64,000 nucleotides of DNA from Nanobdellota archaeon (GCA_030699455.1 JAUYMN010000008.1:6271-70270), one strand, 5' to 3'; counted from the first letter of the stretch, positions 7,660 through 18,070 are shown. Notes: generated by a model from the sequence alone, not told the origin. Numbers and translations: made by a program.

Positions 7660-10600
7660 ATGACTGCCCAAGACAGAAGAATCGCCTACATGGATAAAGC
7701 ACACGACAAAAAGGAGATAGATAGAGTTCTAAATCCATTTGTTAAAAAATGGTTTTTTTCAAAATTTAAGGATTTTTCATTGCCACAGACTTATGCAGTT
7801 AAAGAAATTCACGACAGAAATAATATATTAGTTTCAGCCCCCACTGGTGGAACCAAGACACTAACTGCTTTCTTAAGCATACTAAATGAGCTTGTTAATC
7901 TCTCAATGTCAAACTCTTTGGAAGATAGGGTTTATGCAGTTTATATTTCTCCATTAAAAGCATTGAACAATGATATTCACAGAAATTTAGAAGAGCCATT
8001 GAATGAGATAAAAGAACTGGCTAGAAAAGAAGGTGTTGATTTGAATATTAGGATTGCAACCAGAACAGGTGATACCACACCTAGTGAAAGGCAAAAGATG
8101 TTAAGGAAGCCACCACATATATTGATTACAACGCCAGAATCGTTAGCCCTCATGCTTGGAAGCCTAAAATTTAAGGAATTAATGTTTGATGTTAACTGGT
8201 GCATAATTGATGAGATTCATGCATTGGCTGACAACAAAAGGGGCGTTCATATGGCTTTAAGCCTTGAAAGGCTGAATGTTCAGTCTCCAAACTTAACAAG
8301 AATTGGATTGAGTGCTACCGTCGAACCAATAGAGGAAGTTGCTAGATTTTTAGTTGGTAGTGGAAGAAACTGCAAAATAGCAAAAGTTGGTTTTGTTAAG
8401 AAGTTTGATCTGAAAGTTCTTAGCCCAATAAAAGATTTCTTTGATGTTACAGCTGAAAAGATGCAAAATAAATTGTATGATTTATTGGATAAACTAATAC
8501 AAGAACATAAGACTACATTAATATTTACCAATACTCGCGCAGGAACTGAAAGAGTGGTTCATCATCTGAAGGAAAGGTATCCATCTAATTATAGTGAGAA
8601 TATTGGCGCACATCATGGAAGTTTAAGCAAGAAATATAGAACAAATATAGAAAAAAGACTGAAAGAAGGTAAACTAAAAACAGTTGTTTGCTCCACAAGT
8701 TTGGAGTTGGGTATAGATATTGGTTATATTGACTTGGTTATTTGTTTGGGCAGTCCAAAGGGTGTTGCAAGGTTTCTTCAGAGATGTTTGCCTTATGAAT
8801 CAAGGGTCTTGCTTGCCGATGGCACTTATAAGGAAATTGGCGAGATTGTTGAAAAAAAGTTAGATGTTGAAATACTTTCATATGATATAAAAAAATGCAG
8901 GTTTGTTAGCAACAAAATTTCAAAATATCACAAAAATAAATCAAAAAATTTTTTAGAAATAAAGTTACATTCCGGGTCTAAAATCAGATGCACAGAGGAG
9001 CACCCCATTTTAACAAGAGATGGTTGGAAAAAATCAAAAAATCTTAAGAAAGGAGAGGATATAGCTGAAATTTTTGATTTTAAATATGATGACACCCCAT
9101 ATATTTACGAATTAATAAACAATAAGGATTTTTATGTGGAAAATAAGGAAGATTTTATTAAAGAATGTGTTGATAAATACATCATAGATAATAAAATTTC
9201 TTATTCTAAATTCGCCAAACTCATGGGGATAAATCAGAATAAATTACAGGATATTATGAGGAAAAAAGGAAGAAGAAAAAGCATTAGGCTTGATTTGTTC
9301 ATAAAAATAATGAATCTTTGCAATGTTCATAAAAATACCTATCATCCCTGCCTTAAGGGATTGAAGAGCCAGTCCCATCATAGAAAATTGTTGTCTTTAA
9401 AACCGGATAAAGCGCTAATGTGGCTGGCAGGCATAGTCGCCTCAGATGGGTGCATTACCAAACACAAAAAAACAGGAGAATACAAAATAAAGATTGGAAA
9501 CAAAGATTTGAATATATTAAAAAAATGTCAGTCTATTTTTAATAAGTATGGATTTTATCAAAAAATCAATACAAGAAAAAGAGATGGGATTATGTCTATT
9601 GAATGCGGATCTAAAATTTTATCCCAGATATTTATTTCTTTTGGCATAAAAACAAAAAATAAATCAATCGATTTGGAAGTTTCTAATGTTTTGTATAAGA
9701 TGCCAAAAAATCTTGTTATACCATTTATTGAAGGAGTTTTAGAGGGAGATGGCAATGTCTCACAGGATAGAATAAGAATTTTTTCTGCTAGTAGCAAGTT
9801 TATTTCAGGTTTGCATAACCTCCTTAACAGGCATGGAGTTCATAATTATTTTTGTGAGCAGGAGGCAAAAGTATCAAAAATTGTTCCAAAAATTAATTTT
9901 AAAAATATATATTGTCTTTATGTTTCAAGAAAAAGGCACCTGAGAAAATTCCTAAAATATTGTATTTTTAATGAAAAAAAAGTTAAATCTTTAAGAAGCT
10001 CTGTCGATTACCATTATAAATCAGATAAGGATATTGAAAAAAATATTCATTGGACAAAAATAAAGTCAATTAATTATGCCAAACACAATGGATACGCATA
10101 TAACTTAACTTTGGAAAATGAGCCCAACGATTATTTTGTTGAGAGTATCTTAACCCATAACTGTGGTAGATCGGGACACAAAATGCATGAAACAGTTAAA
10201 GGTAGATTAGTTGTTATGGACAGGGATGATTTGGTTGAGTGCAGTGTTTTATTAAAAAATGCAATGGATAAAAAAATTGACAGAATTGATATCCCAATGA
10301 ACTGTTTAGATGTTTTGGCTCAACAGATACATGGCATGGCCTGTACCGAAGTATGGGACAAGTGGAAGATGTATGAGACTATAAAAAAAAGTTATTGCTA
10401 TAGCAGTTTAACCATAAGTGATTTTGAAGAGATTCTTGATTATCTTGCCGGCAGTTTTGCAAGGCTTGAAGAAAGATATGTCTATGCAAAAATATGGTAT
10501 GATCCGGAAACAAATCAGATTGGAAAGAAAGGCAGGATGGGAAGGGTAATCCATATGACAAATATAGGAACTATTCCTGACACTACAAATGTCAAAGTTA

Positions 10601-11658
10601 AAATCAATGATGTGACTATTGGAACTATTGATGAAGGATTTTTAGAGAAATTGAAAAAAGGAGATATATTTGTTTTAGGTGGAAATACTTATGAATTTAG
10701 ATTTAGCCGTGGAACTGTCGCACAGGTGGTTGCTTCTATTGGTAAAAAGCCAACTGTTCCATCATGGTATTCTGAAATGTTGCCATTAAGCTATGATTTA
10801 GCCTCAAGCATCGGAAAATTCAGGAGGTATATGCTCGATTTGTTTGCCAACAAAAAAAGTAAGGAAGAAATAATTAATTATATTCATGAATACTTGTATG
10901 TCGATGAAAATTCTTCAAATGCCATTTACGAATATTTTTTAGAACAATTTTTATATGCCGATATACCACATGACAAAAAAATTATCGTTGAGTTTTATAA
11001 CTCTGGCGCAAAAGACGAGAAAAAATATTATGTGTTCCATTCACTTTTTGGAAGAAGAGTTAATGATGTTTTATCAAGAGCCATCGCATTTGCTGCTTCA
11101 AAGATACATCAAAGAGATATAGAGGTGGGGATTAATGATAATGGGTTTTATCTGGCCTGTCCACAGGATAGAAATATCAATGTGATGAAAGCAATAGAAT
11201 TGATTAATGTCAAGAATTTTGAAGATGTCATGAAGCAATCCATTGATGGCAGTGAGGTTTTAAAAAGAAGATTTAGGCATTGTGCAGGCAGAAGCATGAT
11301 GATACTTAGGAATTACAAAGATAACAGAAAGAGTGTTGGAAGACAACAAGTAAGCAGCATGATACTTATGAATGCTGTAAAGAGAATCAGCAATGATTTT
11401 TGCATATTAAAAGAAGCAAGAAGGGAAGTTCTGGAAGATTTAATGGATCAGAACAATGCAAAAGAGATTTTAAAAGAAATTAAATCTAAAGCAATATCCA
11501 TAGAAAAAATTGATACTAAAATTCCAAGCCCGTTTGCCTTTAATTTAGTTACTCAGGGCTATAATGATATCCTAAGAATGGAAGACAAAATCGAGTTCAT
11601 ACGAAGAATGCATCAGATGGTTTTGGCAAAAATTGGAAAATCCCACAAGATGGAGTGA
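7660..11658 (+). CDS. lhr: Lhr-type large ATP-dependent helicase, intein-containing
   Basis: Walker A APTGGTKT, DEIH, SAT, and a long Lhr-like C-terminal region. Motif VI (QR..GRSGH) is split by an intein. Confidence 0.9.
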   Translation: MTAQDRRIAYMDKAHDKKEIDRVLNPFVKKWFFSKFKDFSLPQTYAVKEIHDRNNILVSAPTGGTKTLTAFLSILNELVNLSMSNSLEDRVYAVYISPLKALNNDIHRNLEEPLNEIKELARKEGVDLNIRIATRTGDTTPSERQKMLRKPPHILITTPESLALMLGSLKFKELMFDVNWCIIDEIHALADNKRGVHMALSLERLNVQSPNLTRIGLSATVEPIEEVARFLVGSGRNCKIAKVGFVKKFDLKVLSPIKDFFDVTAEKMQNKLYDLLDKLIQEHKTTLIFTNTRAGTERVVHHLKERYPSNYSENIGAHHGSLSKKYRTNIEKRLKEGKLKTVVCSTSLELGIDIGYIDLVICLGSPKGVARFLQRCLPYESRVLLADGTYKEIGEIVEKKLDVEILSYDIKKCRFVSNKISKYHKNKSKNFLEIKLHSGSKIRCTEEHPILTRDGWKKSKNLKKGEDIAEIFDFKYDDTPYIYELINNKDFYVENKEDFIKECVDKYIIDNKISYSKFAKLMGINQNKLQDIMRKKGRRKSIRLDLFIKIMNLCNVHKNTYHPCLKGLKSQSHHRKLLSLKPDKALMWLAGIVASDGCITKHKKTGEYKIKIGNKDLNILKKCQSIFNKYGFYQKINTRKRDGIMSIECGSKILSQIFISFGIKTKNKSIDLEVSNVLYKMPKNLVIPFIEGVLEGDGNVSQDRIRIFSASSKFISGLHNLLNRHGVHNYFCEQEAKVSKIVPKINFKNIYCLYVSRKRHLRKFLKYCIFNEKKVKSLRSSVDYHYKSDKDIEKNIHWTKIKSINYAKHNGYAYNLTLENEPNDYFVESILTHNCGRSGHKMHETVKGRLVVMDRDDLVECSVLLKNAMDKKIDRIDIPMNCLDVLAQQIHGMACTEVWDKWKMYETIKKSYCYSSLTISDFEEILDYLAGSFARLEERYVYAKIWYDPETNQIGKKGRMGRVIHMTNIGTIPDTTNVKVKINDVTIGTIDEGFLEKLKKGDIFVLGGNTYEFRFSRGTVAQVVASIGKKPTVPSWYSEMLPLSYDLASSIGKFRRYMLDLFANKKSKEEIINYIHEYLYVDENSSNAIYEYFLEQFLYADIPHDKKIIVEFYNSGAKDEKKYYVFHSLFGRRVNDVLSRAIAFAASKIHQRDIEVGINDNGFYLACPQDRNINVMKAIELINVKNFEDVMKQSIDGSEVLKRRFRHCAGRSMMILRNYKDNRKSVGRQQVSSMILMNAVKRISNDFCILKEARREVLEDLMDQNNAKEILKEIKSKAISIEKIDTKIPSPFAFNLVTQGYNDILRMEDKIEFIRRMHQMVLAKIGKSHKME
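8785..10161 (+). other. intein (459 aa) with LAGLIDADG homing-endonuclease domain
   Basis: Starts with Cys (CLPYESRVLLADG) right after FLQR. Ends THN, followed by the +1 Cys of CGRSGH. Two LAGLIDADG motifs (WLAGIVASDGC, FIEGVLEGDGN). In frame with the host ORF. Confidence 0.85.
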
Positions 11659-11659
11659 A

Positions 11660-11899
11660 TTATTTTACATCAAGCAGTTTCTTCAGCTTGTCAACATCAA
11701 ATCCCACTATTATTTTTCCATCAATGTCTATGACCGGCACTCCTCTTTGCCCTGATTTTTCAATCATATCCCTTGCAGCATCCTGATTTTCTGCCACATT
11801 AACATCATCAAAGCTAAAATTATGCTCCTTTAGCCAATCTTTTGCCTTGTGACAATATGGACATGTTGGTGTGCTGTAAACTGTTATTTTATGTGTCAT
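11660..11899 (-). CDS. glutaredoxin-like protein
   Basis: 79 aa with CPYC and the GVPVIDIDGKIIVGFD pattern. Confidence 0.85.
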   Translation of the reverse strand: MTHKITVYSTPTCPYCHKAKDWLKEHNFSFDDVNVAENQDAARDMIEKSGQRGVPVIDIDGKIIVGFDVDKLKKLLDVK

Positions 11900-11954
11900 T
11901 TTGATACCTCATGATATCAGTTTATTTGTTGATATATAAATTTTATCTTTAACA

Positions 11955-12680
11955 TTACCACTGAAAATCCTGCTGACTTCGATCTTCTTTATCTTTGCCT
12001 TGTTTTTCTTTCTTTTCAAATTGCCATGATACTTGGTCTTGTTTTTCTTTCGGTCTGATAAACTCTAATGCTATTCCGATTACCATTAAAATTGCTGATA
12101 ACACTGTTGAAATTATTATTGATTTAGTGAGAAAATCAGTAAAAAACCTGCCGGAAAATACAGCTACTAATGCATCTTGTGATGGATCTAACTGCCAAAG
12201 GCTGTTTGTGAATATAATCCTATGCAATCCCGCCCAGAATGAGTTGAATGCAAACGTTATCAGTAGAAATATAACAACAGTTAATCCTATAGTCAGCATC
12301 GCCCCAAGAAAAATTGATTTAGGAATCATTTTATTTGATATCAGAATCAGAGTTATCAGCAGAAGTATCACTAGGACTGTCAGACCATAAAAAATATACA
12401 ATGACAAAGATCTTAATGATTTTACATCTTCCATATGCGTTGCTGCGGTTGAACCCACTATGCCGGGATTAATGTCTTCTTTGTTCTTGAAATAAAGGAC
12501 CACATTATTTGCTATGCTTTTTGCTGTTTCCTTATCAACATGCAGTCTGTCAATGACATCTGATTTTTCTATTTCCTTATTGAAGAAATCTATATCTGTG
12601 CTCATGTATAAAATTGGACCAGATATAAGCAATATTGGTATAATAATGGTTATTAACAACTGAATATACTTTCCATTCAT
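11955..12680 (-). CDS. integral membrane protein, DUF1461/TIGR01906-like (family that includes Lit)
   Basis: N-terminal TM, an extracytoplasmic segment with THMEDVKSL (recalled family motif E..HM.DVK), then 3-4 TMs. Assignment is from memory and needs an HMM check. Confidence 0.5.
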   Translation of the reverse strand: MNGKYIQLLITIIIPILLISGPILYMSTDIDFFNKEIEKSDVIDRLHVDKETAKSIANNVVLYFKNKEDINPGIVGSTAATHMEDVKSLRSLSLYIFYGLTVLVILLLITLILISNKMIPKSIFLGAMLTIGLTVVIFLLITFAFNSFWAGLHRIIFTNSLWQLDPSQDALVAVFSGRFFTDFLTKSIIISTVLSAILMVIGIALEFIRPKEKQDQVSWQFEKKEKQGKDKEDRSQQDFQW

Positions 12681-12689
12681 GTTTTGCCT

Positions 12690-13202
12690 TTAATTGTTTA
12701 CTTCTGCTATCAACTCATCAATAATCTTCCTGAATTCTTTCTCTTCTAATTCTAAACTACCCATCGCTTCATATCCATTGCCAAATCTTATGTATTTACA
12801 ACCAAATATAAATGTCGGAACAGATCCCTGCTTGTTAGTGTCTCTGAATATTTTCATCTCTGATTCTGGCACTTCTGTTTCTACATCTTCTGTCAATGCA
12901 TCGTCGCCTATGTCAACTTCCCATAAATATGCCGTTATCTTGCCTTCGTTAACATACTCATTAACAACTTTGGAATACGTCTCCTTAATCCACTGGCAGT
13001 GCGGACACCAGGTTGTTCCAAACTCTCTTATTATTGGTTTTCCGTCTTGCGTGCAAATATCATTACTTACTTTTATGAAAGTTTCTTTTTCCTGAGCAGG
13101 CGATGCCTCTATGTTTACCCTTCCGTTTACTTCCCTTTGCTTACAGGAAGCTACTAGCAATAATGTGAGCAGTAATATCAGTAGAATTGTTGATTTTTTC
13201 AT
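12690..13202 (-). CDS. thioredoxin-fold lipoprotein (thiol:disulfide oxidoreductase)
   Basis: Signal peptide with lipobox LVASC, and a WCPHC redox motif. Confidence 0.7.
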   Translation of the reverse strand: MKKSTILLILLLTLLLVASCKQREVNGRVNIEASPAQEKETFIKVSNDICTQDGKPIIREFGTTWCPHCQWIKETYSKVVNEYVNEGKITAYLWEVDIGDDALTEDVETEVPESEMKIFRDTNKQGSVPTFIFGCKYIRFGNGYEAMGSLELEEKEFRKIIDELIAEVNN

Positions 13203-13226
13203 AGTTTATTGAAATATTTGGGGTAT

Positions 13227-13979
13227 TTAAGATTTCTGTTGCACTGTTTTATAAATCCATATCCCCGCCACAAACATGGGGATGGACAGTATTTGTCCCA
13301 TTGTCAGAAACCCTATAACTATTTCCGGCTCCCTCACAAATTCTACTGCAAACCTCAGTGCAGAGTATAATATTAAAAATAAAGCAAATAACTCGCCTGT
13401 TTTGAAGTTCTTCGATTTAAAGTATAATACTATCAATATTAAGGAGTTTTTTAATGATTCATATAACTGTGATGGGTGCCTAAAACCATCTGAATCAGGA
13501 AATTTAACAGCCCACGGTACTGAAGTTATTCTCCCATATAATTCTCCATTGATGAAGTTGGCTATTCTTCCAAAGATTAATGATATTGCAAGGGGTATCA
13601 TTAAAATATCTGCTAACTCTAAGAATTTGTAGTTATGTTTTTTTGAAAAGTAATATACTGCTATCATAGCGCCTAAAATTCCCCCATGTATTGACATCCC
13701 TCCATGCCAGAATTTAATAATTTCAACCGGATTCGAAATATAAAAGCCAAAGTTATAAAAGACTATGTAAAATAGCCTTGCTGTTATTAAAGAGCCCAAT
13801 ATTAAGTAAAATATAAAATCTTCTGGGTATTCTTTTGAGTTGAATGTTTTTTTCCCTAATTTGCTTTTTTTAAGATACAGCAATGTTAGTAAAAATCCGA
13901 GAAAGTATACAATCCCATAATATCTTATCTCTATTGGTCCAAATGATAAAAATACAGGATTGATATTGTGTATGAACAT
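13227..13979 (-). CDS. lgt: prolipoprotein diacylglyceryl transferase
   Basis: HGGMSIHGG, GRIANFINGELYG, PWAVKF and RHPSQLYES are hallmark Lgt motifs. Confidence 0.85.
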   Translation of the reverse strand: MFIHNINPVFLSFGPIEIRYYGIVYFLGFLLTLLYLKKSKLGKKTFNSKEYPEDFIFYLILGSLITARLFYIVFYNFGFYISNPVEIIKFWHGGMSIHGGILGAMIAVYYFSKKHNYKFLELADILMIPLAISLIFGRIANFINGELYGRITSVPWAVKFPDSDGFRHPSQLYESLKNSLILIVLYFKSKNFKTGELFALFLILYSALRFAVEFVREPEIVIGFLTMGQILSIPMFVAGIWIYKTVQQKS

Positions 13980-14031
13980 GCTTGGTCTATATGACAGTAA
14001 TATTTAATAATAGTGGTTGTATTTTTGTGAT

Positions 14032-15690
14032 ATGCAGCTTACTTCAGACAATCATGATGAATTCAAGGAATGGGCTTTTAACACCGTAGAGGACATAAAA
14101 AAACTTGAAGGTGTAGAGCTGATAGAAAAATCTGAGGAATTTTTTGCCGATTATTATGACCAATATGCCGAATTACAGGTAAAACACACACAAAGAACCA
14201 ATGATGAAATTGTCGATAAAGAACTTTCTTTTATGAGGGACGAGATAAATCCCGTTCTTGCTGAAGCTGGAGCCAAAATAGCAGAAAAGGTTATTAAAAG
14301 AGATGATTATCCGGCACAATTCAAGGAATATGTCAAGTCTGCAAGGGTAACACATGAATTATTTCACCCGGATATTCCCGAGCTACAGAAAAGGGCTGCA
14401 AGGCTAGAAACAGATTATGAGAAAAAATATGGCTCTCTGACTATAGAGGTCAATGGCGAAAAATTTCCTGTTACTAAAGCCGGGAAGTTATTAGAATCGT
14501 TTGATAAAGATATAAGAAAAGAGGCATGGAATAGTTTGAAGAAAGCCTTTGTCGAAAATCAAGAATTCTTTGAAAAAAATTATATTGAACTTGTTAATTT
14601 AAGAAAAAAAATAGCTGAAAAAGCTGGATGCAAGGATTACATTGAATATATCTTCAAAGCTAAACTAAGAGAATATACCCCGCAAGACTGTTATGATTAT
14701 CATGAAGCTGTAAAAAAGTATGTTGTTCCAAGAATAAATGAATTTCAAAAAAAGAGGAAAAGTATATTGAATGTTGAAAGGTTATATCCCTATGATTGTG
14801 GGTTTTCCATCAATGCAAAGCACGAGTTGCATCCATTTGATCCGAAGGATGAGAAAAAATTTGTGAGTGGAATTAAAAATGCTATAAATAAAATAAGCCC
14901 TGATATAGCCAAACATTTTCAGGAGATGTACGATAATAAAAGATTTGATTTAATTGCAAGGGAAAACAAAGCCCCCGGCGGGTATAATATGCCGTTTGTA
15001 ACAAAACCTTATTCATTTATATTCATGAATGCAAATGGTACACACCGGGACTTGAATACATTATGTCATGAAGAAGGACATGCATGGCATGGTGGATTAA
15101 CCATGAAATATAAATATCCCTTTGAGAAGGATTATTCTGCTGAAGTTGCCGAAACTGCTTCTACATTTTTGGAGCACGTTTCATCTGAAAAACTAAATGA
15201 TTTTTACAGTGATGAAGAATTAAGATGGGCTCTGAAGGATCAATGGGCGAGTGAGATTGGACTTTTGTCGTGGGTTGCCACAATAGACAAATTCCAGCAT
15301 GAAGTTTTTAAAACCGACGTGCTTGATAATGAAAAATTAAGAGAGATATGGAAAAGTGTATCTAAGGAATTTAGGGGCGAAGTGGTTGATTGGGAAAATG
15401 ATCTTGATTTTGAGCAGATAAAATATGCCCAACAGCTACATCCATTTACACATCCTTTTTATTACATAGAATATGCTATTTGTTTTATTGCTTCCGCACA
15501 ATTGATGAAAATATTTAGTGAAAATCCAAAAGAGGCATTAGAAAGATACAACAAGGGGCTTTCATTAGGCGGGACTGTGAGCACTAAAGAGGTTTATGAA
15601 ACTGGTTTTGGGATACCTCTAAAGTTTGGCGAAGAACAGGTCAAACTAGCTGTTGAGCTTTATGAAAAAAAGTTAAAAGAATTAGAGTAA
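14032..15690 (+). CDS. pepF: M3-family oligoendopeptidase F
   Basis: HEEGHAWH zinc motif and a PepF-like length. ATG at 14032 preferred over the TTG at 14017. Confidence 0.85.
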   Translation: MQLTSDNHDEFKEWAFNTVEDIKKLEGVELIEKSEEFFADYYDQYAELQVKHTQRTNDEIVDKELSFMRDEINPVLAEAGAKIAEKVIKRDDYPAQFKEYVKSARVTHELFHPDIPELQKRAARLETDYEKKYGSLTIEVNGEKFPVTKAGKLLESFDKDIRKEAWNSLKKAFVENQEFFEKNYIELVNLRKKIAEKAGCKDYIEYIFKAKLREYTPQDCYDYHEAVKKYVVPRINEFQKKRKSILNVERLYPYDCGFSINAKHELHPFDPKDEKKFVSGIKNAINKISPDIAKHFQEMYDNKRFDLIARENKAPGGYNMPFVTKPYSFIFMNANGTHRDLNTLCHEEGHAWHGGLTMKYKYPFEKDYSAEVAETASTFLEHVSSEKLNDFYSDEELRWALKDQWASEIGLLSWVATIDKFQHEVFKTDVLDNEKLREIWKSVSKEFRGEVVDWENDLDFEQIKYAQQLHPFTHPFYYIEYAICFIASAQLMKIFSENPKEALERYNKGLSLGGTVSTKEVYETGFGIPLKFGEEQVKLAVELYEKKLKELE

Positions 15691-16425
15691 TACTCCTATG
15701 GGGCAATGATCGCTTCCCATTATTTTTGGAAGTATGAACGAATCTTTTACCTTTATCTTTGGTGATGTTAAAAAGTAGTCTATGCGCCACCCAATATTTT
15801 TTGCTCTCGCACTAAACATATAGGACCAGTATGTGTAATTTTTAGGTTCTTTATTAAATTCTCTAAATGTATCTATGAAACTTTCTGTTAAGTTGTTGAA
15901 TCCGTCTATTTCAATCTGCGTAAATCCTGCTGTTTTGTTGTAGTTTGATTTTGGATTTGCCAAATCTATTTCCTTATGTGCTACATTAAAATCTCCACAG
16001 ACTATTATTGGCTTTTTCTTTTCCAGACTTCTTATGAAATTAAGGAATTCTCTGTCCCACTCTTTCCTGTAATCCAGCCTCACTAACCCTCTTCGGGAAT
16101 TAGGGGCGTACACATTTATCAGAAAATATTTTTCAAATTCAAGAGTTATTATTCTTCCTTCTTTGTCATGTTTTTCAATATTCATGCCATATTTTACTGA
16201 TAAGGGTTTTATTCTTGAGAATACCGCAGTTCCAGAATATCCACTTTTTTCTGCTGAATTCCAATAATGGTGTTCATACTGGGAAAGTATCTTGTCTACC
16301 TGATCTGGATGTGCTTTTGTCTCCTGTATGCATAATATGTCTGGGTCTTCCATTTTTATGAAATTTAGAAAATCCTTCTTCAAAACAGCCCTTATCCCGT
16401 TGACATTCCATGATATTATCTTCAT
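15682..16425 (-). CDS. xth: exodeoxyribonuclease III
   Basis: MKIISWNVNGIRA, GDFNVAH and SDHCPI. Confidence 0.9.
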   Translation of the reverse strand: MKIISWNVNGIRAVLKKDFLNFIKMEDPDILCIQETKAHPDQVDKILSQYEHHYWNSAEKSGYSGTAVFSRIKPLSVKYGMNIEKHDKEGRIITLEFEKYFLINVYAPNSRRGLVRLDYRKEWDREFLNFIRSLEKKKPIIVCGDFNVAHKEIDLANPKSNYNKTAGFTQIEIDGFNNLTESFIDTFREFNKEPKNYTYWSYMFSARAKNIGWRIDYFLTSPKIKVKDSFILPKIMGSDHCPIGVLL

Positions 16426-16463
16426 TTTAATGATATTCTGTTAAGTGTTATAAGTTTATATGA

Positions 16464-17321
16464 TTGGCAGGGTATATGTTTTTTTTCTTGATAAAGAATA
16501 TAAGCGGTTTTATTAGCCATTCTAAAATGAATCCCTGGTTTTTTAAGAATAATCTGTATAGGTATGGCGTCTGGTTTGCTGTGATTATAATTATTTTTAT
16601 ACTAGGCATAATGATTGGGCAAGTCAGCAATAACCAAAAGAATGATTCAAAAGACCATAATAAACTCCTGGAGCTTGGTGACACAAAAAAAGTCACATCA
16701 ACAATATTAGCGCTGGATTCTTATGGCAACGGTGTTGCTGCTAAATTAGTCACAGAAATAAGGAAAGGTAATGGATTGGTGCTTGTGAATGTCAATGATA
16801 TTCTTGCTGATGTAAATGCGCAATATAGCGCAAGATTGGCAAAAATTGTTACTGAAAATCTAACAGGTCTTAAGCTGGATAATACCGATGTCATATTCAA
16901 CATACTCACTGATGCAAGTATTGTTGGTGGACAAAGTGCCGGAGGTGTAATGGCTCTCAGCTTGTTGAGCCTTGTTACCAACAATACAATAAATAACAGT
17001 GTTATGGCTACTGGTGCAATTGACAGCAACGGCACTTTTGTTAGCGTTGATGGCGTATTGGAAAAATCAAAAGCTGCCAAGAAGGAGGGTGGCAAAATGG
17101 TGCTTGTTCCGATTGGCAACAGTGGAGATGTTAGCGAGTACAACAAAATCAGAAAATGTGGAGAAATTGATGTAAAGAAGTTTGTGGGCATTGATTTTGA
17201 CGGAAAGGAATATTGTGAGACTATATTTGAGGAAAGAAAGATAAATATTGGAAGGGAGCTTAATATTGATGTAGTAGAAGTCAGCAACATACAGGAGGCA
17301 GAAAAATATTATTTTATATAA
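16464..17321 (+). CDS. membrane-anchored Lon-like S16 protease domain protein (no ATPase domain)
   Basis: N-terminal TM, a GGQSAGG candidate Ser and an EKSKAAKK candidate Lys dyad, with ATGAIDSNG between them. Confidence 0.65.
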   Translation: MAGYMFFFLIKNISGFISHSKMNPWFFKNNLYRYGVWFAVIIIIFILGIMIGQVSNNQKNDSKDHNKLLELGDTKKVTSTILALDSYGNGVAAKLVTEIRKGNGLVLVNVNDILADVNAQYSARLAKIVTENLTGLKLDNTDVIFNILTDASIVGGQSAGGVMALSLLSLVTNNTINNSVMATGAIDSNGTFVSVDGVLEKSKAAKKEGGKMVLVPIGNSGDVSEYNKIRKCGEIDVKKFVGIDFDGKEYCETIFEERKINIGRELNIDVVEVSNIQEAEKYYFI

Positions 17322-17394
17322 CTCTGTACATAAATGAAAATAAAAGGAGATAAAATCAAAAGTTTATTGTGCAGGCATATTGGTATAAGAACAA

Positions 17395-18009
17395 TTGTCC
17401 ATGATATTGATAGAAACAGATACAATGTACATTAGAAGAAAGACTAAAAAAATTGCATTAATTTTGATATTTATATTTGCAGCTATATACCTATTTTTTA
17501 TCTTATGGCATGCAGGCATAACTGGCAGTGTTGTAAACAATGAAAATAATATTATGCTCGATGAAGGCGAGCACTTCATTGAATACAGAGATTATAATTT
17601 TTCAGACAGAGAATATGACCTCAAAGATTACAGGAAAATGGATGTGTTTATATCTCCTGAAAGAGTGACAATGAGGGATGATTGCTATGTTCTTGCTGTT
17701 GCTACAAGCACAGAAAAGACTGAAAAGTTGATAAGGTCTTATGAAGGGGAATTTTTGGTAAGGCCGGGAGAACATGACCTCATAGAAGAAATAATGGATG
17801 TTTTTAAAATTGAACTTGACTATGTTGCCATTGATAACGTGGAAGAAGACATTTTTTATGGGCATATGGTCATGCACGATGATAATAAGGTGTTAAATCT
17901 TGATATCAAACCAAGTGATGGACTTGCCATTGCCTTAAGAACAGGCTCTCCAGTCTATATAAGTAATGAATTAATTGATAATCTTGCTGAGAATCGCTGT
18001 GGAGCATAA
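17395..18009 (+). CDS. bifunctional-nuclease (DUF151/BFN) domain protein with N-terminal TM
   Basis: RPGEHDL and KPSDGLAIALRTGSPVYI resemble the BFN family RP.thDl / RPSDAiAlAlr motifs. Confidence 0.6.
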   Translation: MSMILIETDTMYIRRKTKKIALILIFIFAAIYLFFILWHAGITGSVVNNENNIMLDEGEHFIEYRDYNFSDREYDLKDYRKMDVFISPERVTMRDDCYVLAVATSTEKTEKLIRSYEGEFLVRPGEHDLIEEIMDVFKIELDYVAIDNVEEDIFYGHMVMHDDNKVLNLDIKPSDGLAIALRTGSPVYISNELIDNLAENRCGA

Positions 18010-18070
18010 TCTAAAAGATTTCCTACTTTAATATGGAAATACTTTAAAGCTAGTTTATATTTAATTGAAA

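Noticed and set aside
16436-16450. attctGTTAAGTgttataag upstream of xth, resembling the left half of the junction core.
   Set aside because: It lacks the TCTCCGAACGAAGTGAG half and any hairpin or right arm, so it is likely a chance AT-rich match.
16721-17290. Long antisense ORFs opposite real genes, including 16721-17290, 12694-13095, 13276-13632, 48308-48805, 55108-55536 and 56555-56911.
   Set aside because: They are low-complexity, Ser/Leu/Phe-rich shadow frames opposite genes with clear motifs, as expected in AT-rich DNA.
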